Assembly: GCA_002633005.1 (NCBI GenBank)
Contig: NMRA01000054.1
Span: 813,596 to 877,595 of the forward strand
Length of the DNA stretch: 64,000 nucleotides
Direction: 5' to 3'
Source of the DNA: Phoronis australis
Taxonomy: Eukaryota; Animalia; Phoronida
How positions within the stretch are numbered: the stretch's first letter is position 1; each line of letters begins with the position of its first letter. Position numbers and translations under genes: made by a program. Below the pieces are notes generated by a model. It did not search any database, was not told the origin of the DNA, and worked only from the letters and a program-made list of their open reading frames with translations. Shown in pieces: positions 14,246-25,800 of this stretch.

Positions 14246-17200
14246 CCACGCATTCATACATACATACATACATACATACAACATACATCCATGTATAAAT
14301 AAGTAAAAGTTTACCTCTGCCCCATACAGATGTTTATTTGAATGTTTGTCAAAATGGAAGAAGGCAATATGCTCTTCGTCAAGCGAGTTTCGTACGAGTT
14401 TCACTTGAAAAGGCTAATATTTCGGGAGTAAACTCACGTCCTTACCATCGTGCACTAGTAAATTGGCCACCACTAAGGCATGAATGTTGATTTTTGGGAC
14501 TAAACTGTTATTTCCATACGCGTTCCATTGGACTTTGCCATCATAGACAATGACAAGCCCTTTCCAGACTGATTTGCCGTAAAAATTACGCCAATTAACT
14601 TAGTACTAAAGGCTAGCTTTCACCTAACATACAGGCTATCCAATTGAGTAGTTTTCGAAATACGAAAGTCAGTATAGTCAGAAAATTAATGTACTTTAGT
14701 TTACGCGCATCCGTGTGCGTATTTGGCGGTCGGAACGATCCAAGAGATCCACAGGCCAAGATTTCTTCCGGCAAGTGTATCGCCTGTGACTAGCGATATG
14801 AAACGCGCTCCAAGTACTTCGTATACAAGGACAGTGGTGTTTTCGGCTGTTTGATGCCCTTTTATGATATGGGGGTGTTTCCATAATCAAATTGAACTCG
14901 AAAGATGATGATATTAGGCTGTCAAACTAAGTAAAATCTCATTGGTTTTGATAATTCCATATTTTTCAATCACCATTTACAGGCGACGTTTTGGGAAGAT
15001 ATAATTTTTTGTTCGTTTTTAGCACAACCAATCTTCTGAAGAGTCCAAAACAGAAGTGCCGACTTGGAAAAAGCAATTGTTGGCCAAGCAAGCTGCAGAA
15101 AAATTGAAGAAAGAGACGGAGAGTCAGGAAAAGGTGCAAATATATTAAAGATCACATTTCACGCTCTACACTTTGGGCAGTGCTGTGGTTTTGTTCATGT
15201 TGATTGATGTTTTTTATTTGCAAAGGAAATTAAATCCTGTTTTAACCAAAATTAAATTACGCTAGGTCAGTTAAAGCTTTCTAAAAATATGTTCTGTTAC
15301 CCTCGTCAGTCTTCAAAAGTTTTACACAAGTTTGTAGACGGCGTACAAGGTCTGCTCAGGCGTGACAAACGAGTGAGGCGAGTTGATAGACCAACCAAGG
15401 GACTCACTTTTAAGCCACCGATAAAGTGTTTAAAACTGCATGTCCTCAGTATCTACCTGTCAAAAACGATAAATGAATTAAGTCATTTAAGCTCATTAAA
15501 TCTGTCTAACAACAAGGACATCAAAACCATCAGGGCCTTAAGAAAACTCTTTAGAGTTTATTGGGTTTGGACAACCCTAGAATCGCGAATTCGAAAATGG
15601 CCCAATCTACTCATTGCTTGTGACTTGAGTTGCCGACTCATTGGAAACAATTGAAACAATTAAAGATCGAATGAAAAAAATAATAAAATCAAGATCGAAT
15701 GAGCACGTGATGTTTTGAACCCCAAACTACTTCGGTTTCGAATTCAACAATGCTGCTAAACAGCGGCATAATGACCCTTTAAACTGAATAATGCTTTGTT
15801 TTTAAATGCCAGAATAAACTGTGATTCAGTTAGAGACAGTATCAGTTTGAGTGAAATCGGTAAAACAAGGTTTAGCATTTCTTTGAGAAATAATTGAACT
15901 GTTCTCATTAGGTCGCTTAACTCATCACAGGGTTCTTTCTCACAGGCGAAGGAACAAGCTCAGATACCGGTTTGGAAAAAAGCGTTGCTGGAGAAAAAAG
16001 CTGTTGAAGAAAGGTGTGTCATGTTTTTTATATTTTTGCGACAATAGGAGCTTGCGCGATCAAAAATAACGCGAATGGATACCACAGTTTGGCTTATGTT
16101 CTGGTATCTTGTACGTGTATTTTTTCGCGTGTTTTTTGTCTAAAACCGAAAAACGTAAGCTTAACAAGTTTGGGTGGTAAACCGCAATCTGCTGCGCTGT
16201 AGCATAAAACTAGATTGCACAAGAAAGGTAAATCCGCTTTTAGTCACAAAGTGGGGGTACCAGTGGCGGATTTAGAGGGGGGCCAAGGGGGCCATGTCCC
16301 CCCCTAAAATTCTCCCAAAATAAATTTGGTAATTCGGGGTGTAAGTGTCTGACGGGCAAATTCCTGGCTAATACTCTGCCCCGCCCCCACTCAAAATTCT
16401 GGATCTGCCCCTGGTCAATGTTTTGCAGCACTAGCTGCAGCATAAAACAGACATTATGTAGTACGTTTTGTTTGAGTAGACTTGAGTACGTGCGGTCGAA
16501 ATTAATAAAGTGTTTAACTCGAACCAGTCTTCAGTCTATCGTCGCACCGAAAGCTACTAAACACTGGTCAGCGATAACCTGTGTCCACCCATCCACGGAG
16601 TAAACCGCGTGTTCATTGTAAAATCTGCAAACAGATGCGTGCCGACTAAGTACGTTTTCTGAATAAAACGGATAAAAAGACGAATATAGACGGCACACCC
16701 ATATTAAAACCGCAATTGCTTGTTTTTTCTTTTTATTCTTTTATTCATATCACGACTGCAGTGCAATGAACGTAAGTTTTTCATAAGCTCATTCATTCAC
16801 ACATTCCGATGAGAAAACCAACCAGTTTCCTATCTTAAGAGTGCAGCGCACTTCAGACCAGACAAAAAGCCATAAATGGGTGATACGCCCTATGTCACGG
16901 ATTTGAATCATACTACGCGTTGCAGTTTACTTTCTTATGTTATATTACTAAATGTAGTTTAAACAATTCCTACTCTGATAAATAGTTTAACAGTCGGTTA
17001 CATCAGTTTTCGCTCAAAATCAGTATCAAATTTTAACATGAAATCTCATTTTTTGTGGTATTGTAAAAATTATAGAAGCTGCTGGACAGTGAAATAGTTT
17101 GTGTTATGGATTAACTCATCCATGGTCTCAGTAATAATAATAAATAGAAATTGGAAATATTGCCTGAAATTTCTGAGGATAACGGGGTCAAAGAAGCAAA

Positions 17201-19988
17201 AAACACAGAAAACTGATAACAATTCTTTACCCAGCATTGTGAACAACAATTTCTCGGAATAGCATTTCAAGCATTTTTACATGACGATCCTTGGAAAGAA
17301 TGCAAACTGAAACGCGACTATTGTAATGTCAGTTGAATTGAATGCAATCAACCTTGTGTAGTAAAAGAGAACGTCTGTGTACACATGTATTTATCGGATA
17401 ACGATTCTTTACCCTGCATTGAGAACAACAAACTCCGAGGCACAGTTTTCAAGCATTTTTTCATGACGATTCTTGGAAAGAGTGTAATCTGAAACGCTAC
17501 TGTTGTGATGTCGGTTGAATTAAATGTAACCAACCTTGCATGTATTTATCTGATGACGATTCTTTACTCTGCATTGAGAACAACAATGTCGACGCATAGT
17601 TTTCCATGCATTCTTCCATGACGATTCCTGGAAAGAACGCAAACTGACACGCTTCGGCACTCAGTAACAGGAGCATAGAATATGCGTTTGAAAAGTGCAC
17701 TCGTCAGATATTGTCACTCAACAGGAGATGTTTGTATGCATTTTAGATGACTTTTATTCGCCGTTATTACGGAAATAAGAAAGTTCGTGATCTAGTTTTT
17801 GAAATAGGAACATTGTCGTGTCTCTCATTAATGTCGGGAAGGCAAAGAATTTTAGATCAAGCATCCACGAGTATTTGTCCAGTTTATAAAACTTTTTTTC
17901 ACGCCGGTATTGCAGCCCTCAACACAACACTTAATACTTCGTTAGCATAGGAAGAACGAATAGAGTAATGCAACCGAGAAAAACTTGTTAAGAATCAAAC
18001 AACAACAATGAACATGTGAAACTCCAGTGGCTCGAAAACGAGGCATGCCTGATGAATGTTTACGGCATTGTGAGTAAATACTGCGAGATTCGAGTGTCGC
18101 TGTGTATTCCGGGACGGCCCTATTGCCACGAACCGCAAGTATATAGTACTAACTGTATGCTTTTAATTCTACTAGTTATGTATGCTTTGACCGTACAGGT
18201 AATAGCGGAAAGCGATCGAGAAACAATCCTAATAAACTTCAACACGTGCATTATACTCAAGTAAATAACCCCGGCATAAATTCTGGAGTGATAGGCCTAC
18301 ACTTATTCAGTTCTGACAGTGGTGTTATTTTAAACTCGGGAGATGATTTGTGTGCGTCAAAATATTGCCCTTCGTTATCCGTAGGATTCACAAAGGATTG
18401 TAGGTGATACTCAAACATTAAACTAAGGCCGTAAGTTATTTTTAGAAATGCTATTGCTTGAGAGAACGCTTGTTAACTGTCCCGCCGGATTTCGGTTGTA
18501 GCGCAGCTTAGAAAACTCTAAAAAATTTGCTCAGCTACTTTGAAATTTGAACACTCATCTTAGCCGCCGCTTACTTCTATCCGAGCCAGTCTTGTCTTTT
18601 ACGCTGGCATTTTCCTCCGCGATAATTCTACGTTTCAAACACTCACTGACGCCTTACTATGCGAGGCTACCTAACTTTATAAGCACCTCCTCGTGATGGT
18701 CACGTGACACAACAACTCATTTCTCTGACTCCGGAAAGTGTGCAAAAAAGCCCATTAATTGGTCCAGTTTCATAAAGTTTACGTAAGCAGTGGCGGATTT
18801 AGGGGGAAGGGGCAAGGGGGCCATGGCCCCCCTAAAATTCTCCAAGATTGAATTTGGCAGCTCGGGGGTGGGAATATCTGCTCTGGGCCTCCCTAACTCA
18901 AAATCCTGGATCCGCCCCTGTTTCTGGATAACCTAAACGCACGAACGGTAGCACGACATTAATTTTGTCCTGAAAGAATTAAAGAGATGTTATCGGTTTT
19001 ACGCATTATTGTTGTTTTTGTCATTCAGTAACAGTCGTTAATTCTCACCGTTGTCTGCCAGACATTACGTTACAACTTAGATACCCTCACAGGAAGTTAC
19101 TTCCTCGCCGATAATGTTTCTTTAATAACCGCTAATTTACTTTACACATTTTTTAGGAAGTTCATGAATGTCTATCTATTGGCAGTTTTGAAAAGCAGGT
19201 GGTTGAAACTCACAAAAATCTCTAGTTAAACAGTCAGCCAGTCATCTCCTTAAGGAAATTAAACATGCCTACTTTTACTGGTTGACACTGCTTCCGTGTA
19301 GGTTTTGTAATAATTTGTCCATTTTCCCCGAATGGCAAAAGCTTACGCGCGTATACATACCCTTCAGTTTATACTCGGCATTGGCCTATGTTTTTCAAAA
19401 ACAAGTATGTCACATAACGACAAGCATGTCGCGTAGGTTAAAACACAACGAACTCTGGCAGATTTAGGATGTCGCAAGGGGGCAAACACTATTTTCAAAG
19501 GACAAAGTCGGCATACGCGTTGAAATGCTGTGCTCTTTTTCTTTAGGTAGTGTTCGCCACGCCACCAGCCTCTCCCCTCCCCTGAATCCGCCTGTGGCGA
19601 ATCGAGAGAGGATTCAGAACTTGAATTTTCTGTTCCGGTCAGTCCCACCGCGGAACAGAGAACTCTGGCGGTCAAACTGATAAACACCACTAGGGGCTGC
19701 TATCGATATAACCAGGAATAGAAGAGATCTCTTCCTGGTATAAGGAGAAACAAAACATTGAGCCTGTTAGTGTTGGTGTGTAGAAATATTTATCTAACTC
19801 TGTTAGATAAACCTGGGTCTCAGTGACTGACATTGTTAATTCATTACAGCAAACATGGCTCACAAGAGGGCTCTACTGACAACAGCGCGGACAAGAAGTC
19901 CCTCGGAGATGACGAAGAACGAAACAACAGTGGCGAGAAACTAGCACCTTGGCAACTGGAGCTGAGGAAAAAGAAAGACACTGATTAG
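3296..19988 (+). CDS. ESPN: Espin/forked-like actin-bundling protein, spliced gene model (8 coding exons, ~771 aa)
   Basis: Exons 3296-3415, 4098-4259, 11533-11599, 11828-13010, 13488-13953, 15023-15133, 15946-16013, 19850-19988. All introns are GT-AG with matching phases (0,0,1,2,0,0,2); total 2316 nt ending in TAG. Motifs: ankyrin-like TPPNLATEGGNDKVLSWLL/DDSGNSSLH, poly-Pro, 3x LLAE(L/I)(K/R)A..G..SL(K/R) WH2 (cf. espin LLAEIKAGKSLKPT), and VPTWKKQLL / IPVWKKALLEKK, like the espin actin-bundling module. Orthology is inferred from motifs. Confidence 0.75.
4098..4259 (+). CDS. Espin-like exon 2, degenerate ankyrin-like segment
   Basis: tttcag acceptor, CAG|GTAAAC donor; the other two frames stop immediately. 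Confidence 0.7.
5867..6015. mobile_element. Small Harbinger-like MITE (duplicated at 7545-7693)
   Basis: Imperfect TIR GGCTGGGTTGCATAAAACT / GGCCCAGTTGAATAAAAGT, CTG flanks. Confidence 0.45.
6539..6680. mobile_element. GC-rich MITE of the CAG(T/A)GGCGGATC family (duplicated at 8217-8359)
   Basis: TIR CAGAGGCGGATCTAC / GTAGATCTGCCACTG, 5-bp flanking duplication CCTGA, internal poly-G/poly-C. Confidence 0.7.
9163..9470 (+). pseudogene. Frameshifted THAP zinc-finger remnant (N-terminus of a Kolobok-type transposase)
   Basis: MVWCIVPACAN..GISFF/GFPRE..WIAVM..LRVC with frameshifts and stops; end coordinate approximate. Confidence 0.65.
9668..9945 (-). pseudogene. Frameshifted KolX / P2X7 C-terminal (ballast)-like remnant
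   Basis: Three frames on - give DYHFEP.., ENRLNDLSRC and ACVWCHEIPKV..SLTDHPKF..LSRVVL. These match the YxFEP / RL...WC / CxCCxEI / CIT.HP.F / L...VL pattern. Confidence 0.6.
11533..11599 (+). CDS. Espin-like exon 3 (RFQSAPHQSTVMGLANSKHKGF)
   Basis: ttttctcag acceptor, G|GTAAGA donor; supplies the phase 0 to phase 1 change required between the flanking exons. Confidence 0.65.
11828..13010 (+). CDS. Espin-like exon 4, large proline-rich exon
   Basis: Long ORF (track 11920-13014) extends upstream to the tttcag acceptor (GSAYHEG..TPLPDYDD); donor CAG|GTAATT. Confidence 0.9.
13488..13953 (+). CDS. Espin-like exon 5, three tandem WH2-like motifs
   Basis: DLLAELRAANGVTSLKK, SLLAEIKAANGMKSLRKR, DLLSELKASNGKMSLRRT; phase-2 acceptor, donor CAG|GTATGA. 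Confidence 0.88.
14158..14290. repeat. Compound microsatellite (GTAT)n-(GCGT)n-(GT)n-(ATAC)n
   Basis: Seen directly. Confidence 0.95.
15023..15133 (+). CDS. Espin-like exon 6 (HNQSSEESKTEVPTWKKQLLAKQAAEKLKKETESQEK)
   Basis: Poly-T AG acceptor, AAG|GT donor; PxWK.QLL motif followed by a coiled coil. Confidence 0.8.
15586..15750. repeat. Old dispersed repeat (related copy ~44155-44290)
   Basis: GAATTCGAAAATGGC.CAAT...TGTGACTTGA..TGCCG.CTCATTGG.AAACAAT is shared. Confidence 0.55.
15946..16013 (+). CDS. Espin-like exon 7 (AKEQAQIPVWKKALLEKKAVEE)
   Basis: tctcacag acceptor, AAG|GTGTGT donor; second PxWK..LL.KK motif. Confidence 0.8.
16261..16413. mobile_element. GC-rich MITE of the CAGTGGCGGAT family
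   Basis: CAGTGGCGGATTTAG...CTGGATCTGCCCCTG; closely related to 18788-18920. Confidence 0.7.
17215..17652. repeat. Three degenerate tandem units (~155-180 bp)
   Basis: GATAAC.ATTCTTTAC...GCATTG.GAACAACAA recurs at ~17215, ~17397 and ~17552. Confidence 0.75.
18788..18920. mobile_element. GC-rich MITE of the CAGTGGCGGAT family
   Basis: CAGTGGCGGATTTAG...CTGGATCCGCCCCTG; shares GGGGCCATG..CCCCCCTAAAATTCTCC with the 16261 copy. Confidence 0.7.
19850..19988 (+). CDS. Espin-like terminal exon (..EKLAPWQLELRKKKDTD*)
   Basis: cattacag acceptor in phase 2, TAG stop, AATAAA at 20316-20321. Confidence 0.75.
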
Positions 19989-20315
19989 TGATTCATAATT
20001 TGTATGAAATATTTTTGTCTCTCAAGGGTCTTTATGTGTATATTTGCTTTTCAAGTTTGCATGCAAAGGTTTAGCAACCAAGTAACTGACCGTTAGGCTG
20101 ATGGTGATATCAAGCTTGGCGATCTCTTTCTCGTTTCGTGATCAAGTGTTCAAATTTGAGCTCGTTTTTGCTACAATTTATTGCGATTCTATTGTGATGG
20201 GCGCAATTCCACCGTTCACGAGCAAAACCCGAAGCCCTCAAGTTAGTATACAGAAAAACAAGTTTTTCTTCTTGACTACCTCTTCCGGATAGATTTAATA
20301 GCATTGCTTATAAGC

Positions 20316-20321
20316 AATAAA
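20316..20321 (+). terminator. Candidate polyadenylation signal of the espin-like gene
   Basis: AATAAA ~330 nt after the stop codon, followed by T-rich sequence. Confidence 0.45.
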
Positions 20322-21001
20322 ATACTCAATACTTTGAAATCGTGCATTTTTTTCTATTAATGCCGTTCCCACGTTAATTTTCAAGGTCACACTTTTCCAG
20401 TTCTGTGGGCCCTTGGACATAATGTTTTTTCTAACAAATTTGAAGTCCTCCAGTCCGATCACGTGACATTTGCAAACTGAGAAGTATCATTTGCGTACTC
20501 ATTACTATGACGGAGGCCATGTGAAACACTCGTGGGAAAATTTGCGGGTGTAAGATGTCAGGTGCATCTTAGTGTCAATTTCCCAATATCCATCTTTGAA
20601 CACGCTATACGTTGATAAGTAGCCAATGGTAAATGACTACTTCCGGATCTGGGATGATGCAAGGTGGCCATAGCAGTTATGGAAGGAAAAAAACGTTTGC
20701 TCAAGTCCTAAAACAGGCTTTTTTGTCATGTCCGTAGGGGGGTTCTGGGCCCACCCCTAGATCCACCTATGATGAATGTACCATAAGCACCTTTTACATA
20801 ACCCTGCATCCAGTCATGAGTCAGATAAATGGAATGCATCAGCAGAAGTTTTGACTTTGTTGGAGGGTGATTGATTGATTGATTTCATTAGACTTCGCAG
20901 ACAATACATACAATTGAATGACAAAAATTTCAGACATGAAAACAAGTAAATAAGACACATGAAATGGTAATAGATAAGAAAAATAAAGTACATACAATCG
21001 G

Positions 21002-21156
21002 CCTCCCGTTCAGTAGCGCTAGGACCTAGCTTAAAAGCAAGACTTTGCGAGATTACGCGAGATATTGCCGTGTATTTTAAATAAGAGCACGTGACCTTGA
21101 CTAGCTTTTGGCTAGGTCCTAGCGTAGGTCCTAGCGTCCATTGAACGCACGCTAGG
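21002..21156. repeat. ~155-bp dispersed hairpin MITE-like repeat (second copy ~42565-42720)
   Basis: GCCTCCCGTTCAGTA.CGCTA.GACCT ... CTAGGTCCTAGCGTAGGTCCTAGC...TGAACGCACGC in both copies; self-complementary ends. Confidence 0.75.
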
Positions 21157-22662
21157 ATAGCGCCAAAAAGTGAGACACTTATTTCCGTGGAGAGCGTGAA
21201 GACAGACAAAATACACAAAACATTGATAACAAAGTGTTCTTGCGTTCTTGTTGTATTTCATTAGGACTCGGATTGTTGCAGTTATGCATTGTTTTAAGTA
21301 CTAGCCTATTGTTATTACTATTTTAGTTGTATTAGCTAAAAATTAATAGTTTAGGCAAAATGTGAGCCTACGTGATAGACGGTTTCTTTACTTGTCACTC
21401 TCGGCTTCCGTTTTAACCTAACCATAAATCTGTGTTAACATGTGCTATGCAAATGAACTTTTAACACCACGGTGAACTGAGTGAAAATTGCTGTGTATCT
21501 GGTATTTAGGACAGGATATTCTGAAGTGTGTGTTGATATGAAATATAGTTGGAATATTTTCGAAGAAGATTTCGCAACACTCGATGACAGATTACAGTTG
21601 GGTGTTCCAAAAATGTTACTAAAAATAATCTGGGCTGTGAATACCAGGAAATTATTTGAATAGTGGTGTTTTGGAACTTCCTGAATCCCAGTTACTTTCG
21701 CAAGGCATTGAAGTAGGGCTCTTTGACCTTTAATAACTGGGAAATGACAAATGATTTTTCATAATCTGCAGAAGTCCCGCTCTTACAGCCTTGGTACGCT
21801 CCACAGAATGAGTACTTCCCATTCAAGTACTGTAGTTTTTGCTCAAAATCAAACAAAAATTTCCTTTCAGAAAATAAGGAAACCGCTTTTAAATTTTCTC
21901 AGCTTCGTTGAAAATTTCTCGATTTATGCGCTGGAGTTGCACAACTATTTGCTTTTGGTGACAAAACGCTAAAATTTTGGTCTCAAAAATAAGAGTCAGC
22001 TGTTATACTTTATCTAACTTCTACGCTCTGCAAAAGAAACTTTAACATCGTTGGAATAATAAAAATACTGTTTCCAGTAAAACCGCGTCTTGTTACCACT
22101 TTTAGTTGGGCGTGCAATATTTAACACAGTAAACTCACTCGTTGTGACAACATGAACAACAGTGATGAATCCTTTTCAGACAACCACAGTCTTAGTTTAT
22201 TTCAATATATCACCCATTATCAAGTGAACCTCTTTGCCATTTACAGTACTAATGTGTGCGTACTGTAGCTTTAAATTCATTTAGTTGACGATATTATGTC
22301 AAAACACAATAACCGGTCTGAATCTTTATCGCAATGCCTTGACGAAAATTTCGTGGCGTTTCATGTTTAGAAAAAAATGCTGACACCTATAACTGTTCTG
22401 CTAGTGTTATATGTCCCTTTTATTTTCTTTTACATTTACATCAATGATATTTTCATGTCTCCTTCATATTTTCATATCTACATTGAGTACAAAGCTATTG
22501 TTCCAGTTCGTCTAAGCCTCACTAAGTCACAATACTACCCACTTTGTAAGTTACTTCACACAATAAAGCATCCCAGGAAACTCTGCAGTGGTCCATTTTT
22601 CCAAGACGAAGATAGTTCACAACGTAAACTGCGCAATGTTTATGACTTAAACTTGGCCATCT

Positions 22663-22872
22663 TTAATTTTTAAGGTATTTTCGGTTTATATTTCTACGAT
22701 GTCTCCACAGAACTGAAGGTGGTTGGGCGCCGTGTCCGTTGTCGTTGTTTTTATCCAATGCGACCCTAAGTTTGTCAAGAATATCCGATAAGCTGAACCC
22801 AGTATACGCTTTGCTGTTCATGTACGCACCAACGTCTTTCCGCTTCACCGCCAAGAATCCTGGAGAGTTTTT
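22663..22872 (-). CDS. Prepro-peptide terminal exon with KR and RR cleavage sites
   Basis: Track ORF 22663-22854 extends in frame to a pyrimidine-rich acceptor at 22873. Confidence 0.7.
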   Translation of the reverse strand, partial: KNSPGFLAVKRKDVGAYMNSKAYTGFSLSDILDKLRVALDKNNDNGHGAQPPSVLWRHRRNINRKYLKN

Positions 22873-25800
22873 CTAGGGAATAGAAACAAATCAATCTTAA
22901 AGTAATCATCGGGAAATGCAAATTCGTGCTGATTCTGCATACTGATGGATTAGCCTTACATAAAGGTCATATCTCCCGGGTTTATCGTTGCTGTTATTAC
23001 ATTTTGTCTAGTTCAGTGAAGGTGCGTTCACATCACTTCGTAACTCTGTCTGCCCAACCCTTGATGGAGGTGATTGTTAACAAGGGTTTGTTTCATTCCT
23101 GTATTAATAAATCAGGGCACACGTTGCAGCCTGATTTGTTTCAATTTTGTAATAAATCGGGTTGTTGTAACAAATCGGGGCCGAATGTAGTGATTTTGAG
23201 AGCATTGACAAGGCCAGCTCGGGAAATTGGACCCTTATTCTTCCTTAGGGCGGTACTTCCACAGCCGGGGTCAACTGCCATGGCGTGCTCGGGTAGTGTT
23301 CTCCCAGAGCAGTTTGGAGCGGGGTTCTTCCCGATCCAACCAGGTTGGGTACAACCACAGTCAGCGCGGGGGTACTTCGATAGTCACTTTGTAATGTAGA
23401 CAGTGGCAGTGTGGCGGGGGGCGCGGGTCTAGGCCCCCCCTGGAAAGGCATTACGGGGGCGTCAAATCATAAAATATACTGCTTTAAGTTGCATGTATAA
23501 TTTTTTTCCTTTCCTTGTGTCGGCCGTGTGTCCAGGTACTGGGTCGAAAAATCAGAAGCTGATCAGAACATGAGCTACCAAGTCACGACTTAAGTTTATT
23601 GCAAAACACATGATTGTCTGTTACAGTCGTCTCCCAAGATTTCCTCCGTAAACATCATTTTTAGATCCCTATGGTTTGTTCCATGTCAAGAGAATTTCTC
23701 ATACTTGAACTCACAGAAAACATACGTGGTGAACACATATAGTTTCACAAATAATTGTTCAAGCGAAAACACAAGAGATAGATTACATCTGAAAAATAGT
23801 GGAAAACAATTTAACTACGGTATGCAGTAGACCAAAAATTGCACCATCTAAGCTGGGTACATGAATTCAAGTATTTCTGATCTGCTTGTTCATATCTCAC
23901 AATTTTAATCCCGATGACTTGACAAAGTATCGAAGAAAAATTCTGGTTACGAGAACAACTTTTATGAAAATCTTCCTAAAAAGTAGCTATAGCGAAGCAG
24001 AAGTAAGTTCATCTAATCTAGGATTGGAACCAAGGAAACCCCTCTTGAAATATAAGATGCACCGATCTGTATCGAGGACAAATCCTACAGTGCTAACAAG
24101 TCATTTGATTTACTTGCACCATCAAATGTTGGTGCAATCACCAACGGCAAACATTGTATTTCTTGAATCATCTCCGCCCCAGTTTGAAAGGCATAATTAC
24201 TCCCACTTGTAGCGAAAATGACAGCGAATTTCAAGTTGATGAAATACGCTATTATATGTCAAATGGCATACCTTCAGAAACGTCAGATAATGTCTAAGCG
24301 TCGTACTTAGGACCAAGGACTAGAATCGAATCAGCAATCAATGGCGAAATTGACAGCAGTAACCACGATAATAAAATATGTGAAACAGTAAATATACGTG
24401 CATATGTAGGTGCATCCAATAACGTCACCGGAAACAGTAAAGTGGCGCCGTTATGCCAGGATCCTAAGACATCTCGTTCACCCTAAAAAGCGTTAGATCC
24501 TATGAACTTCGTCTGTCAAGTCAACATCAATGTATTTCTAGTCCCAAAAAATAAGATTTTGAAAATGGAACCGTACCAGTCAGAAGAAACATTCCTATAT
24601 TCCCGAAACAAGATAATCTGACAAAAACAGGGCAACTGCTCCCAACAAGTGTTTTCCACACGCCTTCTATGAGAACAAAGTGGTTATCGTACTCCTTAGC
24701 CATCAATTTTCTGTTCAGCATTCCGTGCCTGCTACGTTCTCCCTTTTAGATGTAGAGGGCAACTAGTCTAGACTACAATATAAAGGATTTTGAGAAATCT
24801 CGAGTTCGAGTCTGAGTTTGAAGCCCGGCCTGGAACCTCAGGAAATCCTTGCGTGCGCGCGGCGCTTACATAAACAAGAGAAGGGCGTTGTTCGGGTACA
24901 AGTTACGTCCGTCTAACGACGTTGATATTATAGAATGCGCAGCTACGTTTTGTTAGATTGGCGCATTTGTACGGGATAGGTGATTTAACAAGTCCGTGAA
25001 TTGTGTTCAGCCAAAATTAGGGTCGTAGTAAATTGAATCACTGCCGATGTGTCCTTTTCCTAGTTTCGTGGAAAATAAAAGTGTGTCGACTTCTTTTCTT
25101 CGCTTGGGATTTATTACCCATCAGCGTACATGTTGACCAAACAAGATTGGCAGACCACTTTCAAAATATACCACGAATAACACTGTAAATGCACATTTTT
25201 AGTATGACATTCGTCAACTACACAAAAATCACAGTTGCATTATGTTTGCGCAGTTCGTGAAGCCTTTGTAAGTGTCGCTGAACAGAGTTTGGGGCGTACA
25301 GTGGGGGATGGGCATTTTCTCACCCCCTCTACCCACACCGTTACTTATTGTAAACCAGTGAAAGGAGTAAGGGGTCTTAATCAAAAGATCGCTTGTTGAA
25401 TGGAGGCGGGTTTAAAGATACTCTAAAATGATCGAGTCCACAATCAGCACTAAGCTCAAACCGTATTTAGTAAAATACGGAGATTGTCAATTCTCTTATT
25501 AGAAAGGCTAATCATTCCTTCTAAGCAAACATTAAGCTCTGCCAATTAGAGGACTGGTAATCTCCGGTGTATATTGATTCATTGAATAAGGTAATTTTTG
25601 CAGGAAATATTTGCTCTTAAATTTGATTTGAATGTTAGGAAGGAAAAGTTTGAGACCAATTATTCAACGCTAGTGTTCCACATGAAAAATTTGTCTTTAG
25701 TATAGAAAGTGGGTATCAATGATCACAAGTACAAAAGTACATGTAACATTAGTATCGGCAGAAGAATCACTTCTACGGGTTACCTGAAATTCTAAAGTAA

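Noticed and set aside
13994-14404. VCVCVC / HTHTHT ORFs
   Set aside because: Products of the (GT)n/(ATAC)n microsatellite within an intron.
17215-17652. Regularly spaced repeats as a possible CRISPR array
   Set aside because: Units are >140 bp and degenerate, there are no unique spacers or cas genes, and the DNA is eukaryotic.
22926-23451. 157-aa and 68-aa ORFs in the peptide-gene intron
   Set aside because: They span repeat-like and GC-rich fragments and have no recognisable motif.
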